From a virus: a DNA stretch of 64,000 bases. Positions 9,224 through 17,991 of the stretch are shown one piece after another. The stretch lies in IMG/VR virus record IMGVR_UViG_3300032401_001693, positions 1 through 64,000 of that record, one strand, 5' to 3'. The notes beneath the pieces are model-generated. The model was not told the DNA's origin. It saw only the letters and a program-made list of their open reading frames with translations, and searched no databases. Within the stretch, counting starts at the first letter, position 1; each line of letters opens with the position of its first letter. Both the position numbers and the translations under genes were made by a program.

Positions 9224-9865
9224 ATGAAAACTATTCTAGCCATAGGTGGTTCTGTAATAAAGACGGCTTACAATGAAGTCAAACAGGCAGCCAGGAAAGG
9301 ATTGTTCGATGTATTGATCCATAATGGTGGTTCTATATTTCATGATTTCCAGTTGACTACTGAGGTTCTTAAGTCTCATTCTTATCCTTTAGATAAGCTG
9401 TTGGAAGACTATGAATGTAATAGACAAGCTTCTGATCTGGTATGGCAATGGGTTTTGGGTAAGACAGCTCCTAAGGGTTCTCTAACTGAGATATGCCAAA
9501 GAAAAGGCATAAAAGTGATGATGTTTACGGTGTTGGGAGGAGACTTTTGGCAGTTATTTGATGATTCTAATAGAAAGTGTTGGACAAAAATAGGGCTACA
9601 AGCTTGGTTTGATTTTGAGGAGCTTTGTAGTATAATGAAAGAGCCCTTTTACTTTATTAATATGGGGTCTGCAGTGGTTATGCCAGAAGTGTTTACTAAG
9701 GCTTTAGCGGTAGTAAAACCTAAGTTTAAGTTTAAAGCAGATGTGGTAGATTTTCTACCTGACCAATACAGGCCAAAAACTAGAGTATCTAAATATGGAA
9801 AGTATTGGAAGATGGATCATAAGGAGTATATGAAGATGTGGCTATTAGGAGCTAAGTTAAAATGA
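9224..9865 (+). CDS. deoxyhypusine-synthase-like (DHS-like NAD/FAD fold) protein
   Basis: IGGSVIK, NGGSIFHDF, NMGSAVVMPEVFTKAL motifs. Confidence 0.55.
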   Translation: MKTILAIGGSVIKTAYNEVKQAARKGLFDVLIHNGGSIFHDFQLTTEVLKSHSYPLDKLLEDYECNRQASDLVWQWVLGKTAPKGSLTEICQRKGIKVMMFTVLGGDFWQLFDDSNRKCWTKIGLQAWFDFEELCSIMKEPFYFINMGSAVVMPEVFTKALAVVKPKFKFKADVVDFLPDQYRPKTRVSKYGKYWKMDHKEYMKMWLLGAKLK

Positions 9866-9911
9866 AAGCTGGCTTATAAAAGCTTCAAAGAAGACTGATG
9901 GAGACAGGTAG

Positions 9912-10721
9912 ATGAAAGAAATAGGACTTAAATTAGCAATAAAAACTGTTATGGATATTCTTATGACTACTGGAGTATATCCGCAGTCTACTTCTGAATG
10001 GGATGAGAAAACTAATACTATAAAAAATACAAAACCCAGAACTGAGTGGCAGGAAGGTTGGAATGCTTGTCAGTGGGAGATTTTTAGTAAGATAAATGAT
10101 TCATTAGGTAAGTTAGAACAAGAAGGCATGTCAGATGAATTAGCTTTATTGATGACTGCGGATGTAGGCTGGTTACAGGATGGTAAGTTTATTCTCAATA
10201 TGAATGACACTTTTCATTATGCTGCGGATGCTGAAGAAGTAAGTGATGAAGAAGTTAAAGAAGTTGCTAGGCTTTTTAAAATTTATGGATATAAAGGAAT
10301 TACACACTGGGTTGCAAAGAAAAGAGGATATGATCCAGAAATTCCAAGGCATAAAAAAGATGTTGAAGATGTGAGGAAATCGGAGTCAAGGAGGTCAAAG
10401 CGAATGAGAAAAGTGCTTCAGGAAACTAAATCTGTAGAGAGAATAGAAGTGTCTTGCGACGATTGTGGTTACTTAATGACTTATAGATCGCATACTTGCT
10501 GTATGTGCCATAAGGATTTATGTGAAAAATGCTATAGAACACACGGAGATGGTGGGGATTACCCACCAGTGTATTGCAAGGATTGTTTAGTTATCGGAAA
10601 ACCTTATATAGACGAAATGAACAAGTTAGAAAGGGAGTATGAAGACAAGTGTGAAGCACTATCTAACGAGTGGAGAGAAAAGTGTTTGGAGAGGAGAAGG
10701 ATTCAACAACTAGAAGAATAA
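9912..10721 (+). CDS. hypothetical protein with C-terminal zinc finger (probable fusion of two genes)
   Basis: CDDC...CCMC..LCEKC...YCKDC; internal GGAGG+ATG near 10404. Confidence 0.5.
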   Translation: MKEIGLKLAIKTVMDILMTTGVYPQSTSEWDEKTNTIKNTKPRTEWQEGWNACQWEIFSKINDSLGKLEQEGMSDELALLMTADVGWLQDGKFILNMNDTFHYAADAEEVSDEEVKEVARLFKIYGYKGITHWVAKKRGYDPEIPRHKKDVEDVRKSESRRSKRMRKVLQETKSVERIEVSCDDCGYLMTYRSHTCCMCHKDLCEKCYRTHGDGGDYPPVYCKDCLVIGKPYIDEMNKLEREYEDKCEALSNEWREKCLERRRIQQLEE

Positions 10722-10739
10722 ATTCAAAAGGAGGAAAGT

Positions 10740-10919
10740 ATGGCAGACACATTTGTGGTAAATAGTAAAGTGAAGAAAGTAGTAAAGGAAAAAGGTTTTA
10801 GAACTGGTGGAGACTATCTAGTTGCACTATCTAAGAAAGTGGAAGAAATGGTTAACGCTTCTGTCAACAAGGTAATAGAAGAGGGCAAAAAGAAGACACT
10901 AGGATCTGAGGATCTGTAA
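10740..10919 (+). CDS. bacterial histone-fold protein (Bd0055-like), 59 aa
   Basis: Not in ORF track; SD AAGGAGG; MADTFVVNSKVKKVVKEKGFRTGGDYLVALSKKVEEMVNASVNKVIEEGKKKTLGSEDL. Confidence 0.8.
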   Translation: MADTFVVNSKVKKVVKEKGFRTGGDYLVALSKKVEEMVNASVNKVIEEGKKKTLGSEDL

Positions 10920-11116
10920 TCTAGTGGTGCAGTAACGGTTGCAGAGTTGAGGAGAAATGAAGGCTCTTTGGTTATCAAGTCCTAGGGCTACATTTTGTAT
11001 TGAGGTAGATGAGGACGGGCTTATCACTAAGACTGCTCCTATATGCTGGCAATGGAGAAAGAAGTTTGTAGGTGATCTTATAGAGGCTTTTCATATAGAT
11101 AGAGTGGAGGAATTAG

Positions 11117-11437
11117 ATGAAAGTAGCGATAATAGGCTCGGCACAGTATAGAGAAAAGTTTGCAGAACATAGACTGCAATTGCTTGAGGAGGGTCATACA
11201 GTGTGGATGCCTGCACTTGATGACCATCCAGACCTAGATGAATTAGGAATATGTGAATATAATAGGAAGATGATTAGATGGGCAGATAGAGTTGATATTA
11301 TTTGGGATCAGAGATCTGTAGGAACCTGTTTTGATTTTGGTATGACCTTTATGGCTGATAAACCTATTCATATAGTCTATTTAGAGCCAAAGACTTTCAA
11401 AGGAGTAATGGAGAAGTATGAACACAATAAAGTTTAG
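11117..11437 (+). CDS. nucleoside 2-deoxyribosyltransferase-like protein
   Basis: IIGS..., IRWAD, SVGTCFDFGM, KPI motifs. Confidence 0.65.
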   Translation: MKVAIIGSAQYREKFAEHRLQLLEEGHTVWMPALDDHPDLDELGICEYNRKMIRWADRVDIIWDQRSVGTCFDFGMTFMADKPIHIVYLEPKTFKGVMEKYEHNKV

Positions 11438-11747
11438 TCATGACTGGAATGGAAAACTAACTTCAGGGGGATGGCTTTTTACCACCATAAGGAAATCTGA
11501 TCCTAAAAAGAATGGTTACTATTCTGACCGGATTGGGGAACTATTTAGTATTGAACTTAAGGGAAAAGTACTAGGAGAGGCAATACTAAAAGATATTTGG
11601 TCTTCCAAGTTCTCTGAGATTAATCCTCCACTACTTATGTTGGACACTGGTTATTTAGATAGCTGGGACATAGATGAGTTATTTAAGCGTTTTAAGATAG
11701 GTCCAGATGATAGGGTCTTGGTTTTAGTTTTTGAGAAATCTTTTTAA
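11418..11747 (+). CDS. ASCH/PUA-like protein
   Basis: IKFS..W.GKL....FTTIR. Confidence 0.5.
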   Translation: MNTIKFSHDWNGKLTSGGWLFTTIRKSDPKKNGYYSDRIGELFSIELKGKVLGEAILKDIWSSKFSEINPPLLMLDTGYLDSWDIDELFKRFKIGPDDRVLVLVFEKSF

Positions 11748-11760
11748 GGAGGGAAGAAAC

Positions 11761-12000
11761 ATGTATTCTAAAACGTCTTATGCAGCAGTAAACTGGTCGT
11801 ATTCTTGGTATGATACTGTTACTGTCTATCCTGGTATTCCTGGTTGTGCTGGTATTCCTGGTTATCCTGGTTATACTCCAGTCCAGATGCCATTAGCACC
11901 TCAAGTCCAGACGCCATTAGCACCGTTGGATTGGGAATTTTCAGTTCCAGTTTTAACTAATGAAAAGAAAACTAGGCGTATGCTTAGGTGTATAAAATAG
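11761..12000 (+). CDS. hypothetical protein with PGY repeats and C-terminal RRMLRC
   Basis: SD AAGGAGGG. Confidence 0.45.
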   Translation: MYSKTSYAAVNWSYSWYDTVTVYPGIPGCAGIPGYPGYTPVQMPLAPQVQTPLAPLDWEFSVPVLTNEKKTRRMLRCIK

Positions 12001-12016
12001 GTGAAAGGAGTACAAA

Positions 12017-12241
12017 ATGGGAAGTAAGGCAACAGCTGAGATAAAAATTGCAAAGAAGCGGCTTAGAACCGGTGGAGGATCTAAAAAGGGCAGGCAGTCT
12101 GCTGTCCATAAGAGCAAATATCAAAAACAGGCTGGTAGGACTCAAAAGAACAAATCAAAAGCCTGGGAGAGGCATCTTGGAAAACATCCTAACGATTCTA
12201 AGGCTAAAGAAGACATCAAGAAAGCAAGGAGAGAGACATGA
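12017..12241 (+). CDS. small, very basic protein
   Basis: SD AAGGAG; K/R-rich. Confidence 0.55.
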   Translation: MGSKATAEIKIAKKRLRTGGGSKKGRQSAVHKSKYQKQAGRTQKNKSKAWERHLGKHPNDSKAKEDIKKARRET

Positions 12242-12573
12242 AGTATAGGAAGAAACCAATAGTAATTGAAGCGTACCAATGGGATCCAGCTATTCTAGGT
12301 TTCACAAATGGAATTGAACTGTTGGATGTTTCTACGGCTGTAGTTTTAGGTGCTTTTACCGTAGCTGGGAAGAAATGTGTGGAATGTAATCGGATTCTGG
12401 CAGAGCATGGAAAGATAAAGACTCTAGAGGGGTTTCATATAGTTTGCCCTGGTGATTGGATTATTACTGGTATTGAAGGAGAGGAGTACCCCTGTAAGCC
12501 AGGTATATTTGAAAAGACCTATGAACTAGAACCTTTTATTCCTAGGTTCCAAGACTCTACGGGGGATGGATGA
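12238..12573 (+). CDS. conserved phage protein (PGDW/PGDYG-like)
   Basis: MKYRKKPIVIEA...TLEG..PGDWII.G..GE.YPCKP.IFEKTYE. Confidence 0.75.
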   Translation: MKYRKKPIVIEAYQWDPAILGFTNGIELLDVSTAVVLGAFTVAGKKCVECNRILAEHGKIKTLEGFHIVCPGDWIITGIEGEEYPCKPGIFEKTYELEPFIPRFQDSTGDG

Positions 12574-13030
12574 TGGATCTAAGACCAGAGGATCTAACTA
12601 TTTTATCTTTTTGTATTTCAGTATTTAATGCTGCTCAGTGCTATGACGAGGAGCTAGTTCAAAAGCGCATAGATGAGTTGAGGGAGTTTGTGGAAAAAGA
12701 GTTTATGGGAGACAAAGTTGGATGATCTAATAAGAAGGGCACAAGAGTTAAGGAAGGAAATACTAGGAGGGTTCAAAACACACCCAGAGGATATGTTTTT
12801 TGCTTTTTGTGTTGTTCTGTTTGATAGTGTCAAAGATGATTTTAATAGTTTGGTTAACGGTTTGGATTTAACTGAGGATGATAAGGCTGTGATGCTGAAG
12901 GGGAGATTGGATAAAAAAGTAGAAGAGTTTTGGGAAGATGTGGAAGGAGTAGTAGAGTTTGGAACGTTGATTATGAAAGAGTTTCATAAAGAGATGAGTA
13001 AAAAGTCTAAAAAGGTAAAAAAGGTAAAGC

Positions 13031-13468
13031 TTGATAAGCCAAATATTTGAGGTTTCTGCTTCTGTTCATTCTAGTGTAGCAGATAGAATTCTAGAGTTTA
13101 TTCATACTACGCTGGTACTGGAATTGTCTAACCGTTTAGAGTTAGAGCATACGTTAGGACAAGACTCCGGACACTTTACATTAGGAATGCGTGCCTTTTT
13201 AGATTTGGTTAGTGATGGTCAAAGCCGTCTTTACCATAATCTATCATCAGGATCACCATTTCACAATCCTTATCCTGATTTTGGTTCTGAAGACCAAATT
13301 TTATCTCCTATAACCACTTTCGCTGGATTTAGAATTGAAAAGAGCAGAACTATTCCAGAGAATTCTATATTTTTTGTTTTACTTGATACAGCTTACCCAC
13401 GTGTAACCTATTTTGCAGGTTGTCTGGAGAAGAAGCCAAAAAGAATGCTTAGATGTTTAGGAGAATAA
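13031..13468 (+). CDS. hypothetical protein with C-terminal KRMLRC
   Basis: ORF. Confidence 0.45.
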   Translation: MISQIFEVSASVHSSVADRILEFIHTTLVLELSNRLELEHTLGQDSGHFTLGMRAFLDLVSDGQSRLYHNLSSGSPFHNPYPDFGSEDQILSPITTFAGFRIEKSRTIPENSIFFVLLDTAYPRVTYFAGCLEKKPKRMLRCLGE

Positions 13469-13477
13469 CTGTTGATA

Positions 13478-13499
13478 TTATATAAATCATTATGATAGG
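13478..13499 (+). promoter_or_regulatory. candidate late promoter TTATATAAATCATwATGATAGG
   Basis: Near-identical copies at 52050 and 54410, each directly upstream of an SD. Confidence 0.6.
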
Positions 13500-13515
13500 A
13501 GTATAAGGGGAAATA

Positions 13516-14928
13516 GTGCGTAAAAGAGTCCCATCCCACCATCTGATACCTAAGAAAGTCCCAGTAAAAGGCAAGACACCATATATTGCAGTAAGATGGG
13601 TTGCTTTAGGTCCTGCAGAAACCAAAAAAGAGATAAAAGGTTGGGTAAGAACCAGGAAACGAAGAACCTCTGCCGTTAGATACCTACAGAAACATCCATT
13701 AAGTGTTGAAATCATTCCAAAATCTGAGTTGGAAAGAGTAATAGAACCTAATAAGGCTGGGAAGCGCTACTTTTCTAAGAAGGAAGTTGAAAAGATTAAG
13801 TTCGTAATGGAGATGAAGAATCCTAGTGAAGCTAATGGTATAACTAGGATCATACATATGGAGAGTGGTGGTAACTATATCCAGCATGTGGATGAATGGA
13901 CTCAGAAAAGGAAAAGAACCAAGTTTAAACGAAGTGCTAAGATTAAAATGGGTGGTCTTAGGGAATACTATAAGTCTTTACTTAAGAGACCCGGAGCGGA
14001 TAAGAAAAGGCAGTTAGGAGCTGTTCTGGCACTAATGAGTGGAGAATGCCACGATCCTCCCAAGAATGTTAGAGTGGGGAGTGGTATTGGTGGTGTAGAA
14101 GAGTCAGTTATAAAGGTAGCTGATCTTAAACGAGGAATGGTTGTATCTCATACGGGTTGGAAACCTGGGACGCTGCCGCATGTAGTGGTAGAAGAAAAAG
14201 ATATCCATGGGATGAAGCATATCTTTCTTAGGAGTATAGACAAGAAAGAGGAAGGGAAAGAATTAGGTAGATATAGGAGTAAAGTAAAGACCCTTGAAAA
14301 GCAGTTGCTTAAGGATCCTCGTAATATAGATAAGAAGCTAGAATTAGAGACTTTCCAGAATAAAGCAACCAAATTGGCTAATGAAATCAATATATCTATC
14401 CCACCTAAATGGACTGAAGTGACTAGATTAGGTCACTATGGTGCCTGTCAAATAGAAGCCCGCCATGTTAAATTCCCAGCTCCTAATGAAGTATGGTTAG
14501 ACTTTATCGGTAAATCTGGAGAAAGATGGAATCTAAAGATAATAGATCACGATTTAGCCGAAGCTATAAAAGACTGCCAACGCGGTAAATCTGGTAATGA
14601 TCAGATATTCCCAGAGGTAGATCGTAACGAAGCTGCTAGAAAAGCTAAGAAGTATGGCATAGCAACACCTAAAGATATTAGAACTTACACGGGAACTAAG
14701 GTTTACGTGGAAGAGTGGAAGAGGCATACCACTCCTACTACTAAGAAAGAACTCAGGGAAATGAAGAAGGACGTGTATACGTTAGTAAGTCAAAAATTAG
14801 GTAATCTACCAGGGACGGCTAAAGGTTCCTATGTAGATCAAACAGTGGCAGTAGCTTTAGAAGCGGGTGTATTGGAGAAAATGAATCTAAAAAAGTCGAT
14901 GCTGTATATAGTAATGGAGGCTATATGA
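13516..14928 (+). CDS. DNA topoisomerase IB (bacterial/viral type)
   Basis: Catalytic motifs VRVG, FIGKSG, PKDIRT, LGN, SYVD. Confidence 0.85.
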   Translation: MRKRVPSHHLIPKKVPVKGKTPYIAVRWVALGPAETKKEIKGWVRTRKRRTSAVRYLQKHPLSVEIIPKSELERVIEPNKAGKRYFSKKEVEKIKFVMEMKNPSEANGITRIIHMESGGNYIQHVDEWTQKRKRTKFKRSAKIKMGGLREYYKSLLKRPGADKKRQLGAVLALMSGECHDPPKNVRVGSGIGGVEESVIKVADLKRGMVVSHTGWKPGTLPHVVVEEKDIHGMKHIFLRSIDKKEEGKELGRYRSKVKTLEKQLLKDPRNIDKKLELETFQNKATKLANEINISIPPKWTEVTRLGHYGACQIEARHVKFPAPNEVWLDFIGKSGERWNLKIIDHDLAEAIKDCQRGKSGNDQIFPEVDRNEAARKAKKYGIATPKDIRTYTGTKVYVEEWKRHTTPTTKKELREMKKDVYTLVSQKLGNLPGTAKGSYVDQTVAVALEAGVLEKMNLKKSMLYIVMEAI

Positions 14929-15002
14929 AACAGATTTATGTAGTTAGTCTAGGAGAAAGGGTAAGCGGGAACTATGGGAAAGCTAAACAAGAAAGTAAAT
15001 AA
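14925..15002 (+). pseudogene. truncated member of the MKQVYVV leader family
   Basis: MKQIYVVSLGER..., 25 aa, SD GGAGG. Confidence 0.45.
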
Positions 15003-15148
15003 GTTTGGACCTATTAAATACTATTTTTGTAATTACTGTGGTAAAGGTGTAAGTTCGATTAATATAGTTTGGGGGTGGAACCCAGGACCATCAATCTATT
15101 GCTCAGAGTCTTGTAAAACTAAAATAGACAAAAAGGAGGTTTTACCAA

Positions 15149-15394
15149 ATGAAACAAGTTTATGTAGTAACGTTGGATGAGGAGTTTGAGAAGTCTAAGT
15201 TGGAGAAAGGCAGAGGCCCAGATAAGAAACCTAGAAAAAAGAGAACTAATAAGTGGGCAGGTTACAAAGAATATGCTGCTAAGATGAAAAAGAAATATCC
15301 TAATGAGCCTGCTCAGAAATGGATGAATGAGTGGACTAGTCGGTTCCCAAGTGATAAGAAGAGAATGAGAAATTTTTTGAATACGATTGGCTAG
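15149..15394 (+). CDS. leader-family basic protein (putative internal head protein)
   Basis: MKQVYVVTLDEEFEKSKLEK|GRGPDKKPRKKR. Confidence 0.7.
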   Translation: MKQVYVVTLDEEFEKSKLEKGRGPDKKPRKKRTNKWAGYKEYAAKMKKKYPNEPAQKWMNEWTSRFPSDKKRMRNFLNTIG

Positions 15395-15654
15395 AAGATG
15401 AGGAAGACCTTTTAGCTGATTTAGAAGACTATGCCCCAGATCAAATACTAGGGGCTAAAGATATCAAACCTAGGAAAAAGAGAACTCGAGGGAACTGGTA
15501 TGCCCCAAAAAGTTATGAAAAAAAGATGAGTTTGAGAAGTCTAAGTTGGAGAAAGGCAGAGGCCCAGATAAGAAACCTAGAAAAAAGAGAACTAATAAGT
15601 GGGCAGGTTACAAAGAATATGCTGCTAAGATGGAAAAGAAATATCCTAATGAGC
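15389..15654 (+). repeat. mosaic of duplicated fragments from neighbouring genes
   Basis: Pieces match ~15947-16005, ~16083-16147 and ~15179-15308. Confidence 0.75.
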
Positions 15655-15818
15655 TAGAATCCAAGTTGATTGATAGGATGGGACTCGACATGAAGCATCC
15701 TGGTGAAATAGAAAGAGGATATCAGAATGATCAGAAAGTATATGATGTTGAAGATTTGAAGAAGTTAACAGATAAGGACCTTAAGCTTCTTCACCGGGAA
15801 ATATTTGTGTCCTCCTGA
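15546..15818 (+). CDS. leader-family protein with truncated leader
   Basis: N-terminal half nearly identical to 15149-15394. Confidence 0.45.
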   Translation: MEKGRGPDKKPRKKRTNKWAGYKEYAAKMEKKYPNELESKLIDRMGLDMKHPGEIERGYQNDQKVYDVEDLKKLTDKDLKLLHREIFVSS

Positions 15819-15837
15819 TTAACTTCGGGAAGGAAAA

Positions 15838-16023
15838 ATGACAGACCAAGAATTCGTAGATTTCTTAAATGATTTATGGCCTTCTGAGAATCCAGAAGAG
15901 GATGAAAGACTCTGGCAGGAGGACTTTGATCGTAGGCACCAAGAGTGGCTAGAAGATGAGGAAGATCTTTTAGCTGATTTAGAAGACTACGCTCCCGATC
16001 AAATAGAGGAGGATTTAGAATGA
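15838..16023 (+). CDS. small acidic protein
   Basis: D/E-rich 61 aa. Confidence 0.55.
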   Translation: MTDQEFVDFLNDLWPSENPEEDERLWQEDFDRRHQEWLEDEEDLLADLEDYAPDQIEEDLE

Positions 16024-16199
16024 AACAAGTGTATGTAGTTAGTTTAGACGAAGAATTCGAGAAAGCTAGAGGTCCAGATAAGAAACCTAGGAAAAAGAGA
16101 ACTCGAGGGAACTGGTATGCCCCAAAAAGTTATGAAAAAAAGATGAAACGAAAACTAACTAAGGAAGGTTTTAGGGAATGGAAGAAAGAGAATGGATAA
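16020..16199 (+). CDS. leader-family basic protein (59 aa)
   Basis: Hand-translated MKQVYVVSLDEEFEK|ARGPDKKPRKKR; SD GAGGAGG. Confidence 0.7.
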   Translation: MKQVYVVSLDEEFEKARGPDKKPRKKRTRGNWYAPKSYEKKMKRKLTKEGFREWKKENG

Positions 16200-16236
16200 T
16201 TAGGACACAGGATTAGATAATGGGGCCAAAAAGTGA

Positions 16237-17031
16237 ATGAGACGAGTAAGGAGTTACGCAGATTGGGACAAAGACGTGAAACTTGATCGTGATGTGAGGC
16301 AGTCTCCAGCGCCTATAAACCATAAAAGAATAGAAGCAGTTACAGTATGTGTAAACTATGGGGACTTTTTAGCTCATACTATTTTATGGAATAAAGCACT
16401 CTTCGACAAATGGGTCATAGTAACTTCTCCAGTAGATATTCATACTAGGCGATTGTGTGAGTTTCATAATGTTGAGTGTATTCTTACTAATGCTTTTTTT
16501 GAAGAGGGAATGATAATCAACAAAGCTAAAGGCATAAATGTAGGGTTCAATAAATTGAAAGGTGAAGACTGGGTCTTACACATAGATGCCGATATGGTTT
16601 TGCCCCCTTTGTTTAGGCACACTATAGATAAAATAGCCCTAGACACTGAAGTTTTATACGGCATAGATAGGATGATGTGTAATAATAGGAAAGACTGGGA
16701 TAAGTTTGTGGAAGATCCTATTATCCAAATGGAAGCAGGAGTATTTGTCCACTTTGAACCATTTCATCTGTCACCAAGGATCTATCAGCCAGAACGTGGT
16801 GGGTATGTTCCTATAGGATTTTTTCAGTTGTTCCATTCTAGTGCTTCTTCATTGGGTGGTAAATTAGAATACCCTACTACTCCAGCTGGGGTGGATAGGA
16901 CAGATATGGAGTTTGCATTGAAATGGCCAGGTTCTTTGAGGAGGTTATTACCAGAGTTTGTGGCTATTCATTTAGCTACTGCTAACACTGGTGGGGCTAA
17001 CTGGGAAGGTAGAAGGACAGCTAAATTCTAG
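16237..17031 (+). CDS. glycosyltransferase family 2-like protein
   Basis: VTVCVNY.DFL, NKAKGINVG, WVLHIDAD, GFFQLFH. Confidence 0.75.
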   Translation: MRRVRSYADWDKDVKLDRDVRQSPAPINHKRIEAVTVCVNYGDFLAHTILWNKALFDKWVIVTSPVDIHTRRLCEFHNVECILTNAFFEEGMIINKAKGINVGFNKLKGEDWVLHIDADMVLPPLFRHTIDKIALDTEVLYGIDRMMCNNRKDWDKFVEDPIIQMEAGVFVHFEPFHLSPRIYQPERGGYVPIGFFQLFHSSASSLGGKLEYPTTPAGVDRTDMEFALKWPGSLRRLLPEFVAIHLATANTGGANWEGRRTAKF

Positions 17032-17039
17032 GAGGAAAT

Positions 17040-17126
17040 ATGAAAGAGTTGTATATAGTAAGTTTAGACGAAGAGTTTGAGAAAGCTAGAAAACTAGGAG
17101 CTAAAGATAAAAAGGAGGAAATATGA
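17040..17126 (+). pseudogene. tandem-duplicated leader fragment (28 aa)
   Basis: 83-bp direct duplication of the start of 17123-17410. Confidence 0.65.
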
Positions 17127-17410
17127 AAGAGTTGTATATAGTAAGTTTAGACGAAGAGTTTGAGAAAGCTAGAAAACTAGGAGCTAAAGATAAAAAGAAG
17201 AGGAAGAGACGTGGAGGGGGAAACCCGAATATCTCTATGAATAGATTTGTAGGTGCGGTGGAGGAACTAGAATCTAAATCTTGGAAAGTAAATGAACGGG
17301 TAAATGATTGGCTGGACGGTACAAAGGATGAGAAGTTAGATGCTTTAGCTAAGAAACATGGTGTGACTAAAAAGCAGGTTGAGGAGCACGTTCAAAAAGA
17401 GTACTATTAG
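17123..17410 (+). CDS. leader-family protein
   Basis: MKELYIVSLDEEFEK|ARKLGAKDKKKRKRR. Confidence 0.7.
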   Translation: MKELYIVSLDEEFEKARKLGAKDKKKRKRRGGGNPNISMNRFVGAVEELESKSWKVNERVNDWLDGTKDEKLDALAKKHGVTKKQVEEHVQKEYY

Positions 17411-17991
17411 AAAATTGAACAAGGAGGCATGAAACATGAACAGATTGACTTTTGAAGACGCGTTTGTAATGGAGATTGTGGTTAACAAAATCAATGAGAT
17501 TATCGAATATGTAGAAAAGGTAGAAGAGGGTTTGCATAGTAGGGTTGACGCACTTTGGAAATATCAAAGGGTTAAGAAAGATGAGATGGAGAAACGTCTG
17601 CGAGAAATGGAAGACCTTCTAGGAGTGAAAAACAACAGGAAGGTAGATAGAAATGAAACCCAATAACGGAGTTCGTAGTTGTCTCAAATGTGATAAGTCT
17701 TTCTCAGGCAAGGGTTTTCGACTATGTACTAAATGTAGGAAAGAAAACGAAAATACTTGGGATTTGGGAGCTAGATATGTTTCTCATATTACAGAAGTTA
17801 TTAGATATAGAGAAAGTAGAAAATGGGCAGAAATGGGTTGGGATTCTTAATGGCTAAGATGGCAATGGAATGGAAGACTTATATCTTTCATTGTACAAAA
17901 TGCCACCACGAGTGGGAAAGTGCTTTCAGTGTTGAACCACAAGTTTGTGATTGGTGTAAAGCTGACGGTAAACTTTTAGAAAAGGAGAATT

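Noticed and set aside
10921-10945. tRNA-like 5' fragment GGTGCAGTAACGGTTGCA
   Set aside because: Only a D-arm-like hairpin; no anticodon arm or T-arm
13478-13499. TTATATAA read as an archaeal TATA box (archaeal virus)
   Set aside because: Class II CCA enzyme, Bd0055-type histone and SPO1/Twort-like capsid favour a bacterial host; not formally excluded
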